This document shows positions 45,910 to 55,625 of a stretch of 64,000 nt of DNA, in pieces. Source of the DNA: Symbiobacterium thermophilum. GTDB taxonomy: Bacteria > Bacillota > Sulfobacillia > UBA995. Numbering within the stretch: position 1 is the first letter of the stretch; every line of letters starts with the position of its first letter. The DNA lies in the NCBI GenBank assembly GCA_020725145.1, contig DYFO01000004.1:2042-66041 (forward strand), written 5' to 3'. The position numbers and the translations under genes were made by a program. A model generated the notes under the pieces. The model was not told where the DNA came from. It was given only the letters and a program-made list of their open reading frames with translations, and made no database searches.

Positions 45910-46800
45910 TCAGGCCCGGGGATGGGCGCGGGCGTACACTTCCTTGAGTCGACCTCGGGTCAGCTGGGTGTAGATCTGCGTGGTGGAGATGTCGGCATGA
46001 CCCAACATCTCCTGGACCGCCCGCAAGTCGGCACCGTTCTCCAGAAGATGCGCGGCAAAGGAATGTCGCAGGGTGTGAGGGGTGATATCGGGAGCAATGC
46101 TGGCATCGACGGCGTAACGCTTGACTATCTTCCAAAAGCCCTGCCGGGTAAGACGGCGGCCGTGGTGGTTTACGAAAAGAGCGCCGTCATCGGCCTGGTT
46201 TCTTACCAGGGACGGACGCGACTTCAGAAGGTACTCCCCCACCCAGCGTTTGGCCATAGAACCCAGAGGGACGACCCTCTCGCGGGCACCGCGGCCCGAG
46301 CAGCGTACGTACCCAAGCGCCAGGTTCACGTCGTCCCGGTTCAGCGAGACCAGCTCGGAGACGCGGATGCCGGTGGCGTACAGAAGCTCAAGCATGGCGC
46401 GGTCGCGCAGGCCTGAAGGATCGTCGGCCCGCGGCTGCTCGAGCAGGCGTTCTACCTCCTCAACGCTGAGGATGCGCGGAAGCCGCTTGGCGAGCTTGGG
46501 CGACTCCAGGTTGGCGGTGGGGTCGCGTTCGACCACTTGCATGCGGAGCAGGTACTGGTAGAAGGCTTTGAGAGCGGCCAGGCGGCGGGCGATGGTGGCG
46601 TTGGCCTTGCCCTGCTTCTCCATGTGCAGAAGGTAACTGATGATGGTGGCCCGCGAGGCTTCCGCGGGAGAGGTGATCTTGCCCTTCGCCAAAAAGCCGC
46701 CGTACTGGCGCAGATCGCGCCCGTAGGATTCAAGCGTGTTGAGGGCCAGCCTCCGTTCGGAGCCGAGGTACTCTATGAACCGCGCGATCAGCTCTTCCAT
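45910..46800 (-). CDS. xerD: Site-specific tyrosine recombinase XerD (RipX)
   Basis: RDRAMLELLYATGIRVSEL, TRQGFWK, TPHTLRHSFA.HLLENGADLR.VQEMLGHADISTTQIY; upstream of deoB. Confidence 0.92.
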   Translation of the reverse strand: MEELIARFIEYLGSERRLALNTLESYGRDLRQYGGFLAKGKITSPAEASRATIISYLLHMEKQGKANATIARRLAALKAFYQYLLRMQVVERDPTANLESPKLAKRLPRILSVEEVERLLEQPRADDPSGLRDRAMLELLYATGIRVSELVSLNRDDVNLALGYVRCSGRGARERVVPLGSMAKRWVGEYLLKSRPSLVRNQADDGALFVNHHGRRLTRQGFWKIVKRYAVDASIAPDITPHTLRHSFAAHLLENGADLRAVQEMLGHADISTTQIYTQLTRGRLKEVYARAHPRA

Positions 46801-46924
46801 GGAGGGGCTCTCCTTTGGCTGCGACCTGCTGCCAGGTATTGTGGCCTCCCCTCTCCAGGGGCTATGCGTTGGCCCGATGTCCCGGTATTCTCTCCTGTTC
46901 AACATAATTCGGCAGATCCCTCTC

Positions 46925-47185
46925 TTATGGAAACCCCTTCCCCATGGGCAGCCCCGTTTCACCTTCCATGAAACCGCTCAGTCGCTCCAGCAACCACTCC
47001 AGCCATCGCGACAGCACATCCCAGGCCCCGGGCGAATCCCCCGTCACCGTCCGGCCGGGAGGAAAGATCACGTCCGCCAAGGTTCTGAGCAGCCACGGCA
47101 GGCCCAAGCCCAGAAAACCCAGCACGGCCAGCAGGGCGAGGAAACGGAGGTAAGGGCGCAGGCGTCCCAGCGATATCACGATCAT
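46925..47185 (-). CDS. Small membrane protein (positional equivalent of YqzK)
   Basis: 86 aa with one TM helix and a GGGAG RBS; occupies the slot upstream of xerD; no motif recognised. Confidence 0.5.
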   Translation of the reverse strand: MIVISLGRLRPYLRFLALLAVLGFLGLGLPWLLRTLADVIFPPGRTVTGDSPGAWDVLSRWLEWLLERLSGFMEGETGLPMGKGFP

Positions 47186-47342
47186 GCGCAGGGCTCTCCC
47201 TTCCGCCGCGTTAGATGCTTATGAAAACCTCGTCCCTCGCATGCGCGCGCCGCGCTCTCCTGCAGAAGGTTGACATGCGTTGGGCGGGCTTCGGACCATG
47301 TAGCTGACCACGGCGGTTGGCGGCGGGTGGTCAGGACCAGAG

Positions 47343-47624
47343 ATGTTCAGGTGCCCGGGACAGGACCGTCGTAACTGGAGGCCCGACGACGTCTTCGAGC
47401 ACACCTGCCCGCACTGCGGCGGACAGGTGGAGTTCATGAAGACCGACGCCAAGCGCGCCTGCCCGGGACAGGAGGAGGGCAGGGCACTGCTTCGGCGCCT
47501 GCACAGGGACAGCGCCAGGCGGTTCGCCCGTGAGCACCTGCCGAAGAGGTCGAGCCGGGAAGAGGTAGGCGGCGGCGGGGAACGCTCCGCACCGCCGCCG
47601 GAATGCGGCCACGCTAGCCCATGA
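47343..47624 (+). pseudogene. Probable internally deleted Zn-ribbon/HD phosphohydrolase gene
   Basis: N-terminus CPGQD.R.W..DDVFE..CP.CG..VEF.K.D..R.C breaks off after one Cys and joins a short helical tail. Confidence 0.45.
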
Positions 47625-48732
47625 TCTTCGAGAGCGGCACGTACTCCACGCCGTGGGCGACCGCTACCGCCTCGTAGGTCACCTGCCCCTCCAGGACGTT
47701 AACACCCAGCGCCAGCGCGGGGTTCTCCGCCAAAGCCCTGCGCAGTCCCTTGCCGGCAAGCTCCAGTGCGTACGGGAGAGTGACGTTGGTCAGCGCGAAG
47801 GTGGAGGTGCGCGGAACCGCCCCGGGCATGTTGGCGACCGAATAGTGAACGACACCGTGCCGCACGTAGGTGGGGTCCGAATGGGTAGTCACGCGGTCGA
47901 TGGTCTCCACCGACCCCCCCTGGTCGATGGCGACGTCCACGATGACCGCCCCGGGTTTCATCGTGCGCACCATCTCCTCGCTGACCAGCTTCGGGCAGCG
48001 GGCGCCGGGGATCAGCACCGCGCCGATCAAAAGGTCGGCTCGGCGCACGGCGGCCGCGAGGTTGTACGGGTTGGACATCATGGTGACCACGCGGCCTCCG
48101 AACAACTCGTCGATGTAGCGCATGCGGTCGGCGCTTATGTCGAGGATCACCACCTGGGCGCCCATTCCCAGGGCCACGCGGGCCGCGTTCAGGCCCACCG
48201 TACCGCCCCCCACGATCACCACTTCCGCAGGGGGAACCCCCGGGACCCCTCCCAGCAGCACCCCCCGCCCTCCCTGGGGCTTCTCCAGTAGCCGGGCACC
48301 GATCTGGGTGGCCATGCGCCCCGCCACCTCGCTCATCGGCGTCAGCAACGGCAGCGACCCGTCGGGCAGCTGGACCGTTTCGTAGGCGATGGCCGCCACC
48401 CGCCGTCGCATGAGAGCTCGGGTAAGCTCAGGCTCGGGAGCCAGGTGTAAATAGGTGAACAGTATCTGACCGTCCCGGAACAGGTCGAACTCCTCGGGCT
48501 GGGGCTCCTTGACCTTCAGGATCATGTCGGAACGGCTGTAAAGCTGCTCACGCGAGGCGACGATCTCCGCGCCGGCTGCCGAGAACTCCTCGTTGTCGAA
48601 ACCGCTGCCGGCGCCGGCGTTGGCCTCGACGAGCACCTGGTGGCCCTGAGCCCGGAATGCGGCCACCCCGCCGGGCGTGATGGCGATGCGGTTCTCGTCA
48701 CGTTTGATCTCCTTGGGCACCCCGACGATCAT
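47614..48732 (-). CDS. ald: Alanine dehydrogenase
   Basis: MIVGVPKEIK..ENR, KVKEP, FTYLHLA, PMSEVAGR, DVAIDQGG, NMPGAVPRTST. Confidence 0.96.
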   Translation of the reverse strand: MIVGVPKEIKRDENRIAITPGGVAAFRAQGHQVLVEANAGAGSGFDNEEFSAAGAEIVASREQLYSRSDMILKVKEPQPEEFDLFRDGQILFTYLHLAPEPELTRALMRRRVAAIAYETVQLPDGSLPLLTPMSEVAGRMATQIGARLLEKPQGGRGVLLGGVPGVPPAEVVIVGGGTVGLNAARVALGMGAQVVILDISADRMRYIDELFGGRVVTMMSNPYNLAAAVRRADLLIGAVLIPGARCPKLVSEEMVRTMKPGAVIVDVAIDQGGSVETIDRVTTHSDPTYVRHGVVHYSVANMPGAVPRTSTFALTNVTLPYALELAGKGLRRALAENPALALGVNVLEGQVTYEAVAVAHGVEYVPLSKIMG

Positions 48733-48818
48733 AGCTTTCCCCCCAGCGCTTCCGCGACGTTTGGCGGCAATGATCAAAGTATGTGTTATACCCGACCGGG
48801 GGGAAATCCTGCCACGTT

Positions 48819-49466
48819 CTACGACATGGCGTAGCCGGCGATGAGCCGCATGAAGACCGGGGCAACGCATGCCTCGAGCAACCCGGCACCCACCATGAGC
48901 AGGCAGGCCAGCAGGGCGACGAAGCCGTAACCCAGCACCTCCTCTGCCAACGGGCGCGGGTCGGGGTCCCAGTGACGCCTCACGAGGAGCAAGGAGAAGG
49001 ATAGCGAGGAGACGGCGATCAGCACAAGTGCCGGCAGCGCCAGCAGATTCTGCGGCAGCACGGCGCCGGCCGCCAGTAGCAGCCCCGCCTGTCCCATTTC
49101 GTCCACCAGGAAGGCAACCGTGAAGCCCACCGCCAGACCGCGCAGGAAGACGACGGCCGCCACCGCCGGGATGCCCACCACCGTCAGTCCTAACCCCCAC
49201 AGGAAGCCGACCGTCTTCAGGTTCTGAAGACACGCAGCCCGTAGTGCGACTGAAGGCTCCGACCTGAGTTTGCCGTCGGAAAGGCCGCGCAGGAACGTCG
49301 CAAGGTAGCGCACCAGCTCTGCCTTTTCCTCTCGGTCCAGGACCTTGACGGCCGTGGCCCCCAGACACACTCCCCCGACCAGCAGGCCCAACACTACCAA
49401 GTACAAGAGGGCGTTGCGACGGAGGTAACCCGACAGGCCCAGCCGGAAACCGTCAACGAACGACAA
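48819..49466 (-). CDS. spoIIM: Stage II sporulation protein M
   Basis: LW.LGLTVVGIP, RG..VGFTVAFLV, VLPQNLL..PA, LEA.VAP. Confidence 0.9.
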   Translation of the reverse strand: MSFVDGFRLGLSGYLRRNALLYLVVLGLLVGGVCLGATAVKVLDREEKAELVRYLATFLRGLSDGKLRSEPSVALRAACLQNLKTVGFLWGLGLTVVGIPAVAAVVFLRGLAVGFTVAFLVDEMGQAGLLLAAGAVLPQNLLALPALVLIAVSSLSFSLLLVRRHWDPDPRPLAEEVLGYGFVALLACLLMVGAGLLEACVAPVFMRLIAGYAMS

Positions 49467-49518
49467 GCCCGTTCACCTCCCCCGCACTCTCCTAACCTAT
49501 GCCGGGGGATGGCCGGTC

Positions 49519-50712
49519 TTACCGTCTCACGCGCCCCGGTCGACCCCCTCCTCCCGGGCGGATGCCGAGCTTTCCCTGCCGCGCGCCGATGATGCGGCGC
49601 GCGAGCTCCTCCCCCACCACCGCCGCAAGGTCGGCCGGGGCCGCGCGATGCAGCACCGTCATTTCCGTCCCGAACGCCGCCAGCAGCGCTCGTCGCGTCT
49701 TCGGGCCGATTCCCGGCATATCCGCCAGCGGGATCTGTGCCACGTACCGCGGGCGCCAGGGGGGGTGTAGCGTCTCCCTTCCCGAGGAACGCTCCACCAC
49801 GCGGTCCAGCACGCCTACCACCAGGCGTCGATCTCCGCAGCGCGGGCAGCTAAGCACCGGGGGAGGTTCGGTGTCGGCCGTGAAACCGCACCGGCGGCAG
49901 TGCGAACGGTGGTACTTCCCCAGCCTGGGGTCAAGACCGTAGTTGGCAAGGATTCGGCGACCGTGGCGAGGAGGAGTTTCCAGGGCCATCAGGAGCTCCG
50001 CGAAGGAAGGCGCCAGCAGCTCAAGCTCGACGTACTCCCGGGCTACGGCCTCCGCGGCATGGGCGTCGGAGCTGCTCAGATACGGATAGCCGGCCAGTTC
50101 GGGCAGGCGGTCGGCCAGATCCGAGTCGGCGGATAGTCCCAGCTCCACCGCGAATGGACAGGCCGGGAAGGTGTCGGAAAGGGGCGGGGTTCGCTCCCGC
50201 CCGAGATACCCCTTGTACGGTGTGAAAGCGTGCGCACAGACGACCAGCCCCCCGAGCTCGGCCGCCAATCGCGCAAGATCGCCGGCTTCCGCAGCCACGC
50301 GCTGGGTTGACAGCTCGGGATTGCTCACCCTCTCGGCCACCCATCCTGCCACCTCGTCGAGCGACTCGAGGTCGGGCAGGTAGAGGAGAACATGCGTTCC
50401 GGCCCCCGGACCGCGGCCGAGCTCGAATTCGGCGGCAGGCACGAACCCCAACCCGGCGGGAGTCAGGTAGCCTCCGCCGCGCACGGGGATAAGCTCCCCC
50501 TTGCGCTCAAGTTGCCCGAGTTCCTCGCGGACCCCCCGACAGGCGCAATCCACGACCGCCACCATGTCGAGGCCCTTGCGCTCACGCGCCGTCCTCAGCA
50601 CCGTGGCCAACGTCAGTTCACGGGCCGCCGCAACCTTCACCGGCCGCCCGGCAGCGGTGCCGATGTGCACGTGAAGGTCCGCAAAGCAGCGGCGAAGGCT
50701 CGCGGAGCTCAC
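49519..50712 (-). CDS. Endonuclease Q family / YqxK PHP protein
   Basis: ADLHVH, AHAFTPYKG, ELGLSADS, SDAH, GLDPRLGKYH, C4 Zn site, C-terminal HhH; nudF-yqxK-spoIIM synteny. Confidence 0.88.
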   Translation of the reverse strand: MSSASLRRCFADLHVHIGTAAGRPVKVAAARELTLATVLRTARERKGLDMVAVVDCACRGVREELGQLERKGELIPVRGGGYLTPAGLGFVPAAEFELGRGPGAGTHVLLYLPDLESLDEVAGWVAERVSNPELSTQRVAAEAGDLARLAAELGGLVVCAHAFTPYKGYLGRERTPPLSDTFPACPFAVELGLSADSDLADRLPELAGYPYLSSSDAHAAEAVAREYVELELLAPSFAELLMALETPPRHGRRILANYGLDPRLGKYHRSHCRRCGFTADTEPPPVLSCPRCGDRRLVVGVLDRVVERSSGRETLHPPWRPRYVAQIPLADMPGIGPKTRRALLAAFGTEMTVLHRAAPADLAAVVGEELARRIIGARQGKLGIRPGGGGRPGRVRR

Positions 50713-51230
50713 CTCGTCGACAGATGGTGCGCGGCCAGCAGCAACCCCGCTACCGACTTGGCATCGCGCAGTGTTCCCTCGCGGACGCGCTGCACCGCTT
50801 CGTCCAGTGACAGCCGGTGCACGGTCAGTTCCTCGTCTTCGTCCACTCCGGGGCGGACCCGCACCGCCTCAAGTTCGGTGGCCAGATAAAGATGCATGAA
50901 CTCCGTCGAATACCCCGGAGAGACGAAGAACCCTGCGAGCCTTTGCAGCCTTCGTGGAAGATATCCGGTTTCTTCGGCGAGTTCACGCCGCGCGCAAGCT
51001 TCCGGGGTCTCGCCTGCAGCGAGCGTGCCGGCAGGCACCTCGAGCAGAGGCTCCCCGGCCCCCACGCGGTGTTGTTCTACCAGGAGCACGCTCTGGTCGC
51101 CGGTTACGGCCACCACCGCCACCGATCCCGGGTGCTCAACCACCTCGCGCTCCGTTCTCCTCCCGGACGGCAACGTCACCTCGACCGCCCGCACCGTGAA
51201 GAGCGTTCCCCGGTACACGGGCCGATCCAT
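50709..51230 (-). CDS. nudF: ADP-ribose pyrophosphatase (Nudix)
   Basis: REVVEHPG, Nudix box G....GE.PE.CARREL.EETG, SPGYSTE, DEDE, DAKS. Confidence 0.9.
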   Translation of the reverse strand: MDRPVYRGTLFTVRAVEVTLPSGRRTEREVVEHPGSVAVVAVTGDQSVLLVEQHRVGAGEPLLEVPAGTLAAGETPEACARRELAEETGYLPRRLQRLAGFFVSPGYSTEFMHLYLATELEAVRVRPGVDEDEELTVHRLSLDEAVQRVREGTLRDAKSVAGLLLAAHHLSTR

Positions 51231-52338
51231 GGTCCATGCCTCCTTCTTTGTCCGCCGATAGTTGGGCCGCCACCAGCCCGGCGGCTCCGGCCGCTTGAAA
51301 GAACGCCGGGTCCTCCCGAAGCCCGCGCCCCATGGTAGTCACCTCGAGACCTTCGCGCACAAGCAAGTCCAGTGCCGGTTCGCCTGGTGCCTCGATCAGT
51401 CGATGGCGTGCCGTCACCTGCGCTTCCTCAAGTTGCGCCCACACCCGCGAGGATTGCTCCGCCTCAAGGGTAGGTACCGCAATCACCGCCCTGGTAAGAG
51501 CTACCCGTCCCAGGGCGGTGAGGCAATGGTGACTGACCCCGCGGTGGCGCGGGCGGGAATCGCCGAAGCTCACCCGCAACGCCGCCACCGGATTGCCGCC
51601 CAGCACGTTCACGCGGTCGACGATCTCGCCCTGTTCGACCGCGGTGAAGCCGTAGGCGGTACCGGTCCCCACCACACCTGGTCCCATGACCACCACGGCC
51701 AGCTCGGCCCCCACTACCGCCCGCGCGCACAGCAGCGCGGTATAGAGGTTGACGGCCTCGTAGTCGCCCCCGAAGGCATGGCCTGCGGTGATCGTCGCCG
51801 CCAGCCAGCCCCGCTCGCACAGCTCCGCAACGGTGCGGCTGAAGGCCAGCGGTAACGCCCCGCCGTCGGTCATCACGTAAGCCACGCGGGGCCGGGGCCG
51901 GGGGCCGGCGCGCATCCCGGCCACGATGGGAGCCAGCTGGCTGTGCACACACCCCACGACCACAACCATTCCCTCCAGGCCGCAGGCCGCGGTCAGCGCC
52001 GCCCGCGCGGGGTGCGCCTCCTCTTCGATCGTCAGGCACTGCAGCTGCAGAGGAGTATAGCGCAGCTTCATGATGTGCCCGGCGGCGGCCCGTTCGCGAC
52101 GTTCGCGACCCTGCACCGCCAGGACGAAATGCAGTCCGCCCGTACCCAACCCAAGGCTCACTGCGGTGGTGTTGAGCAGCACGCGATCGCCGGCGTCCAC
52201 CTGTCCGGTGATCGCGTCGTAGTTCAAGGCCCGCGACCTGTCGGAGCAGCCCTCAAGCTCAACCTCGAGCACCGTGGCGCCTCGCCAGGCATCCAGGCGC
52301 CGGATCACCCTTGCCAGACGGAACTCCGCTCCGGCCAG
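51136..52338 (-). CDS. DUF3866 family protein
   Basis: LLNTTAV.LGLGTGG, GHIMKLRYTPLQ, YVMTDGGALP, GHAFGGDYEAVN, RHRGVSHH; probable CTG start. Confidence 0.85.
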   Translation of the reverse strand: MAGAEFRLARVIRRLDAWRGATVLEVELEGCSDRSRALNYDAITGQVDAGDRVLLNTTAVSLGLGTGGLHFVLAVQGRERRERAAAGHIMKLRYTPLQLQCLTIEEEAHPARAALTAACGLEGMVVVVGCVHSQLAPIVAGMRAGPRPRPRVAYVMTDGGALPLAFSRTVAELCERGWLAATITAGHAFGGDYEAVNLYTALLCARAVVGAELAVVVMGPGVVGTGTAYGFTAVEQGEIVDRVNVLGGNPVAALRVSFGDSRPRHRGVSHHCLTALGRVALTRAVIAVPTLEAEQSSRVWAQLEEAQVTARHRLIEAPGEPALDLLVREGLEVTTMGRGLREDPAFFQAAGAAGLVAAQLSADKEGGMDHGSARVPGNALHGAGGRGDVAVREENGARGG

Positions 52339-52422
52339 CTTCCCCGCCCCCTCAACCGTTCGCTTCCGGACATCCAGCTTTCCCAGAAAGCGCCCGTGGC
52401 CCAAGGGGGAACCGGTACCGAC

Positions 52423-52935
52423 TCAGGGCGTCAGTGTGAACTCCCAGGCGCACCAGTACCCGTTGCGGCGGGGATCGGGCGGGCAAGTCAGACAACGGAC
52501 CTGAAGGCGCGGGTCGATCGTCCGGGCGAACTCCCGGTACTCGACCAGTCCGACCTCGCGGCAGGGGAAGTCGGGCAGTCCCGCCCTCGCCCGGGCCTCC
52601 TGTACACGGCACTCCAGCATGCGAAACACCGCCCGGCCTCCGGTAACCTCCACCGTCTCTTGACGGTTGAGCAGGGCGTACAGCCGGCAGTTCAAGGCCT
52701 CCACCAGCAAGGGAATCCCGCCTCCCGGTTCCCTTCCCAGGCGCGCGAGTATCCGCTTGGCTTCAATGGGCGAGAAGCGTTCCCAGGCCTCCATGTCCAG
52801 GCGGATGGCCGCCTCGGTGCCGTAGGCCCGCTCCACGGCCTGGAACCACAGTCCGTCGTGCGCCAGCCACAGGCGGGCGGCGTCCTTGAGCCACCGCTCG
52901 AGTTCGGATCGGTCCATCTGCTCGGGCGGCCTCAT
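52423..52935 (-). CDS. DUF6125 family protein
   Basis: WLAHDGLWFQAVE, CRVQ.AR, FPC, CLTCPPD, WCAWEF. Confidence 0.75.
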   Translation of the reverse strand: MRPPEQMDRSELERWLKDAARLWLAHDGLWFQAVERAYGTEAAIRLDMEAWERFSPIEAKRILARLGREPGGGIPLLVEALNCRLYALLNRQETVEVTGGRAVFRMLECRVQEARARAGLPDFPCREVGLVEYREFARTIDPRLQVRCLTCPPDPRRNGYWCAWEFTLTP

Positions 52936-53498
52936 GCCCGGGCTCCCTCAAGCTCTGCCTTCGCCAGCTCCACGCCGCGGTACAGGGCTTCACGGTTCAG
53001 CGGAATGAGGTTGTGGCGGTGGGGTGGAAGCGCCTTCTTGAGCGATTCCAGTACCGATTCCGGCCGGACGGCGGCGGTGGCGGCGAGGAAGGCCCCGAGG
53101 GCTACCATGTTGGCCACGCGATCGTTCCCGAGCTCCTGCGCCACACCGGTGGCGGGGACCGAAAGCACCCTGAGGTCCTGTCGGCGAGGCTGGCGTCCGA
53201 CCAGCGTGGAGTTGATCACCAGCAGCCCCGAGGGGATCACCGCCTCCTCAAAACGGTCCAGCGACGGGCGGTTCATGGCCACCACCGCGGAAGGCTTTCC
53301 CACCACAGGGGATCCTATGGGTTCGGAGGCGATGACCACCGTGCAGTTTGCCGTACCTCCGCGCTGCTCCGGTCCGTAGGACGGCATCCAGGTAACCTGG
53401 CGGCCTTCCAGCATCGCCGCGTAGGCCAGAAGTTGCCCCATGGACATCACGCCCTGACCCCCGAAGCCGGCGAAGATCACCTCATGCCTGTTCGCCAT
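52932..53498 (-). CDS. 2-oxoacid:ferredoxin oxidoreductase gamma subunit
   Basis: [29 protein letters not shown]. Confidence 0.92.
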   Translation of the reverse strand: MANRHEVIFAGFGGQGVMSMGQLLAYAAMLEGRQVTWMPSYGPEQRGGTANCTVVIASEPIGSPVVGKPSAVVAMNRPSLDRFEEAVIPSGLLVINSTLVGRQPRRQDLRVLSVPATGVAQELGNDRVANMVALGAFLAATAAVRPESVLESLKKALPPHRHNLIPLNREALYRGVELAKAELEGARA

Positions 53499-54291
53499 GC
53501 TTGCCACTCACCTCCGACCCGACTCTGGCCAGCAGGGGGCCGCCTCCCGGGTCGGCGGCATCGGTTCTGAACTCACCGGGCGGATAATACGGTACCATGA
53601 CCTCTTCGACCCATTTCAAGGCTTCGCGCGGCGACATGCCCCATCCGGTCGGACAGGTGGACAAAAGCTCCACCAGCCCGAACCCCTTGCCGTCCAGCTG
53701 GGCCTGGAAAGCGCGTTTGACGGCAGTGCGGGCCCGTGCAACCTGAGCCGGGCCGGTCAGCGGGACACGGGCCAGGTAGGCGACCCCCCTAACCCGCTCC
53801 AGCAGCTCGCAAACGCGTATGGGATAGCCCTCGCGGGCGGGTTCGCGCCCGAAAGGAGAAGTGGTGGTCTGCTGGCCGAGCAGGGTGGTCGGCGCCATCT
53901 GGCCCCCGGTCATGCCGTAGATGGCGTTGTTGATGAAGATGACCGTGACGAGTTCCCCCCGCGCCGCGGCGTGGACCACCTCCGCCATGCCGATGGAGGC
54001 CAGGTCTCCGTCCCCTTGATAGGTGAACACCACGGCGTCCGGCCTGGCTCGTTTGATGCCGGTGGCCACCGCCGGCGCGCGCCCGTGCGCAGCCTGCACC
54101 ATATCACAGGCGAAGTAGTCATAGGCCAGCACCGCGCAACCTACCGGTGCCACCCCCACCGCCCGATCGAAAACTCCCAGCTCCTCGATAACCTCCGCCA
54201 CCAGCCGGTGCGCGATCCCGTGCGTGCAGCCGGGGCAGTAATGCGTCGGCATGTCGACGAGGGCATCGGGCCGTTTGAAGGCAACGCGCAT
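53482..54291 (-). CDS. 2-oxoacid:ferredoxin oxidoreductase beta (TPP-binding) subunit, VOR type
   Basis: [42 protein letters not shown]. Confidence 0.92.
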   Translation of the reverse strand: MRVAFKRPDALVDMPTHYCPGCTHGIAHRLVAEVIEELGVFDRAVGVAPVGCAVLAYDYFACDMVQAAHGRAPAVATGIKRARPDAVVFTYQGDGDLASIGMAEVVHAAARGELVTVIFINNAIYGMTGGQMAPTTLLGQQTTTSPFGREPAREGYPIRVCELLERVRGVAYLARVPLTGPAQVARARTAVKRAFQAQLDGKGFGLVELLSTCPTGWGMSPREALKWVEEVMVPYYPPGEFRTDAADPGGGPLLARVGSEVSGKHGEQA

Positions 54292-54303
54292 CGCACAACC
54301 CTC

Positions 54304-55380
54304 CTAACGCAGTTCCCGGACCAGCTCGCGAACCTGTTCGCGGATCTCCTCGGGAGAAGGAACCGCACCTCCGGTACGCCCGTAGAAGCGAATCGGAACC
54401 CGGTCACCCGCCACCAGGCGCACGTCCTCGACCATCTGCCCCGCGCTCATCTCCACCACCAGCACCGCGCGGACGCGACCGGTCTTCAGCAAATCGGCCA
54501 GGGGGTCGTCCGGGAAAGGCCAGAGCGTGATGGGCCTGAACAAGCCCACCGCCTCTCCTTCTGCCCTCAGCGGCTCAAGGGCCGTCCGGCAGATGCGCGC
54601 GGTGGTGCCATACGCCACCACCACCAGTTCGGCATTTTCCACCCACAGGCAGTCCCAGCGCTTCTCGGTCCTTTGCATCTCACGATACTTGGCCTGCAGG
54701 CGCCGGTTGTGCTCTTCACATTTCTCGGCTTGCAGATACAGCGAGTTGATCAGGCGCTTGGGGCCTCCCCTGCGGCCCGTCGTCGCCCAGGGCTTCTCCG
54801 GCAGGGTGCCGAGATCCCGCATGGGCGGGAAGCGCACCGGTTCCATCATCTGCCCCAGGATACCGTCGCCCAGCACCAGCGCAGGGTTGCGGTAATGGTT
54901 CGCCCGGTCCAAGGCCAGCACGGTGAGGTCGACCAGTTCCTGGATGCTTGCCGGCCCGTATACCAGCAGCCGGTAGTCGCCGTGGCCTCCTCCCTTGACC
55001 GCCTGGAAGTAGTCGGATTGCGCCGGCTGGATGGTTCCGAGGCCAGGGCCTCCTCTGATCATGTTGACGATGAAGGCAGGCAGTTCCGACCCGACCAGAT
55101 AGGAGATGCCCTCCTGCTTGAGGCTGATCCCGGGCGATGAGGAGGAAGTCATCGCCAGGGCCCCGGCCGCCGCGGCCCCGTAGACCATGTTGATGGCGGC
55201 CACTTCGCTTTCGGCCTGGATGTATACACCGCCGACCTCAGGGAGGCGACGTGACATGTACTCGGGGATCTCGTTCTGCGGGGTGATGGGATAGCCGAAG
55301 AAGAAGCGGCAACCCGCTCTGATAGCGGCCTCGCCGACCGCCTCGTTACCCTTCATTAACACGACGTCCTCCACGATCAT
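54304..55380 (-). CDS. vorB: 3-methyl-2-oxobutanoate:ferredoxin oxidoreductase alpha subunit (VorB type)
   Basis: MKGNEA, GYPITPQ, QAESEVAAINM, TSSSSPGISLKQE, KGGGHGDY. Confidence 0.9.
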   Translation of the reverse strand: MIVEDVVLMKGNEAVGEAAIRAGCRFFFGYPITPQNEIPEYMSRRLPEVGGVYIQAESEVAAINMVYGAAAAGALAMTSSSSPGISLKQEGISYLVGSELPAFIVNMIRGGPGLGTIQPAQSDYFQAVKGGGHGDYRLLVYGPASIQELVDLTVLALDRANHYRNPALVLGDGILGQMMEPVRFPPMRDLGTLPEKPWATTGRRGGPKRLINSLYLQAEKCEEHNRRLQAKYREMQRTEKRWDCLWVENAELVVVAYGTTARICRTALEPLRAEGEAVGLFRPITLWPFPDDPLADLLKTGRVRAVLVVEMSAGQMVEDVRLVAGDRVPIRFYGRTGGAVPSPEEIREQVRELVRELR

Positions 55381-55625
55381 CCCCTCCCTTCCCGCGCTCC
55401 GGCCGCCGAGCGCCGTTCCGGCCGGTAGACCGTGATCACCAGATCGGGGCACATCCGGGCGCACAGGGCACAGCCGGTACAGCGCTCCTGTTCGGTGACG
55501 GTAGCCGGGCGAAACCCGCGCTGGTTGATCTCCTCGGCCATGAAGATGATGCTTTCGGGGCAGACGTCCACGCACAGCTCACAACCTTTACAGCGCTCCG
55601 GATCAAAGACCACCCGTTTGTCCAT
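55377..55625 (-). CDS. Oxidoreductase delta subunit (2x4Fe-4S ferredoxin)
   Basis: CKGCELCVDVCP and CTGCALCARMCP. Confidence 0.92.
   Translation of the reverse strand: MDKRVVFDPERCKGCELCVDVCPESIIFMAEEINQRGFRPATVTEQERCTGCALCARMCPDLVITVYRPERRSAAGAREGRG

Noticed and set aside
45910..46800. Integrase of a prophage or ICE
   Set aside because: The sequence and xerD-deoB-punA-pdp synteny identify housekeeping XerD; no att sites or mobile cargo are visible
46880..46925. Complete dif site
   Set aside because: Only a XerD-arm-like half is present, with no XerC arm at 6-bp spacing
48733..49368. 584-aa ORF suggesting an N-terminally fused alanine dehydrogenase
   Set aside because: The extension is an off-frame overlap with spoIIM; Ald starts at the canonical MIVGVPKE (48732)
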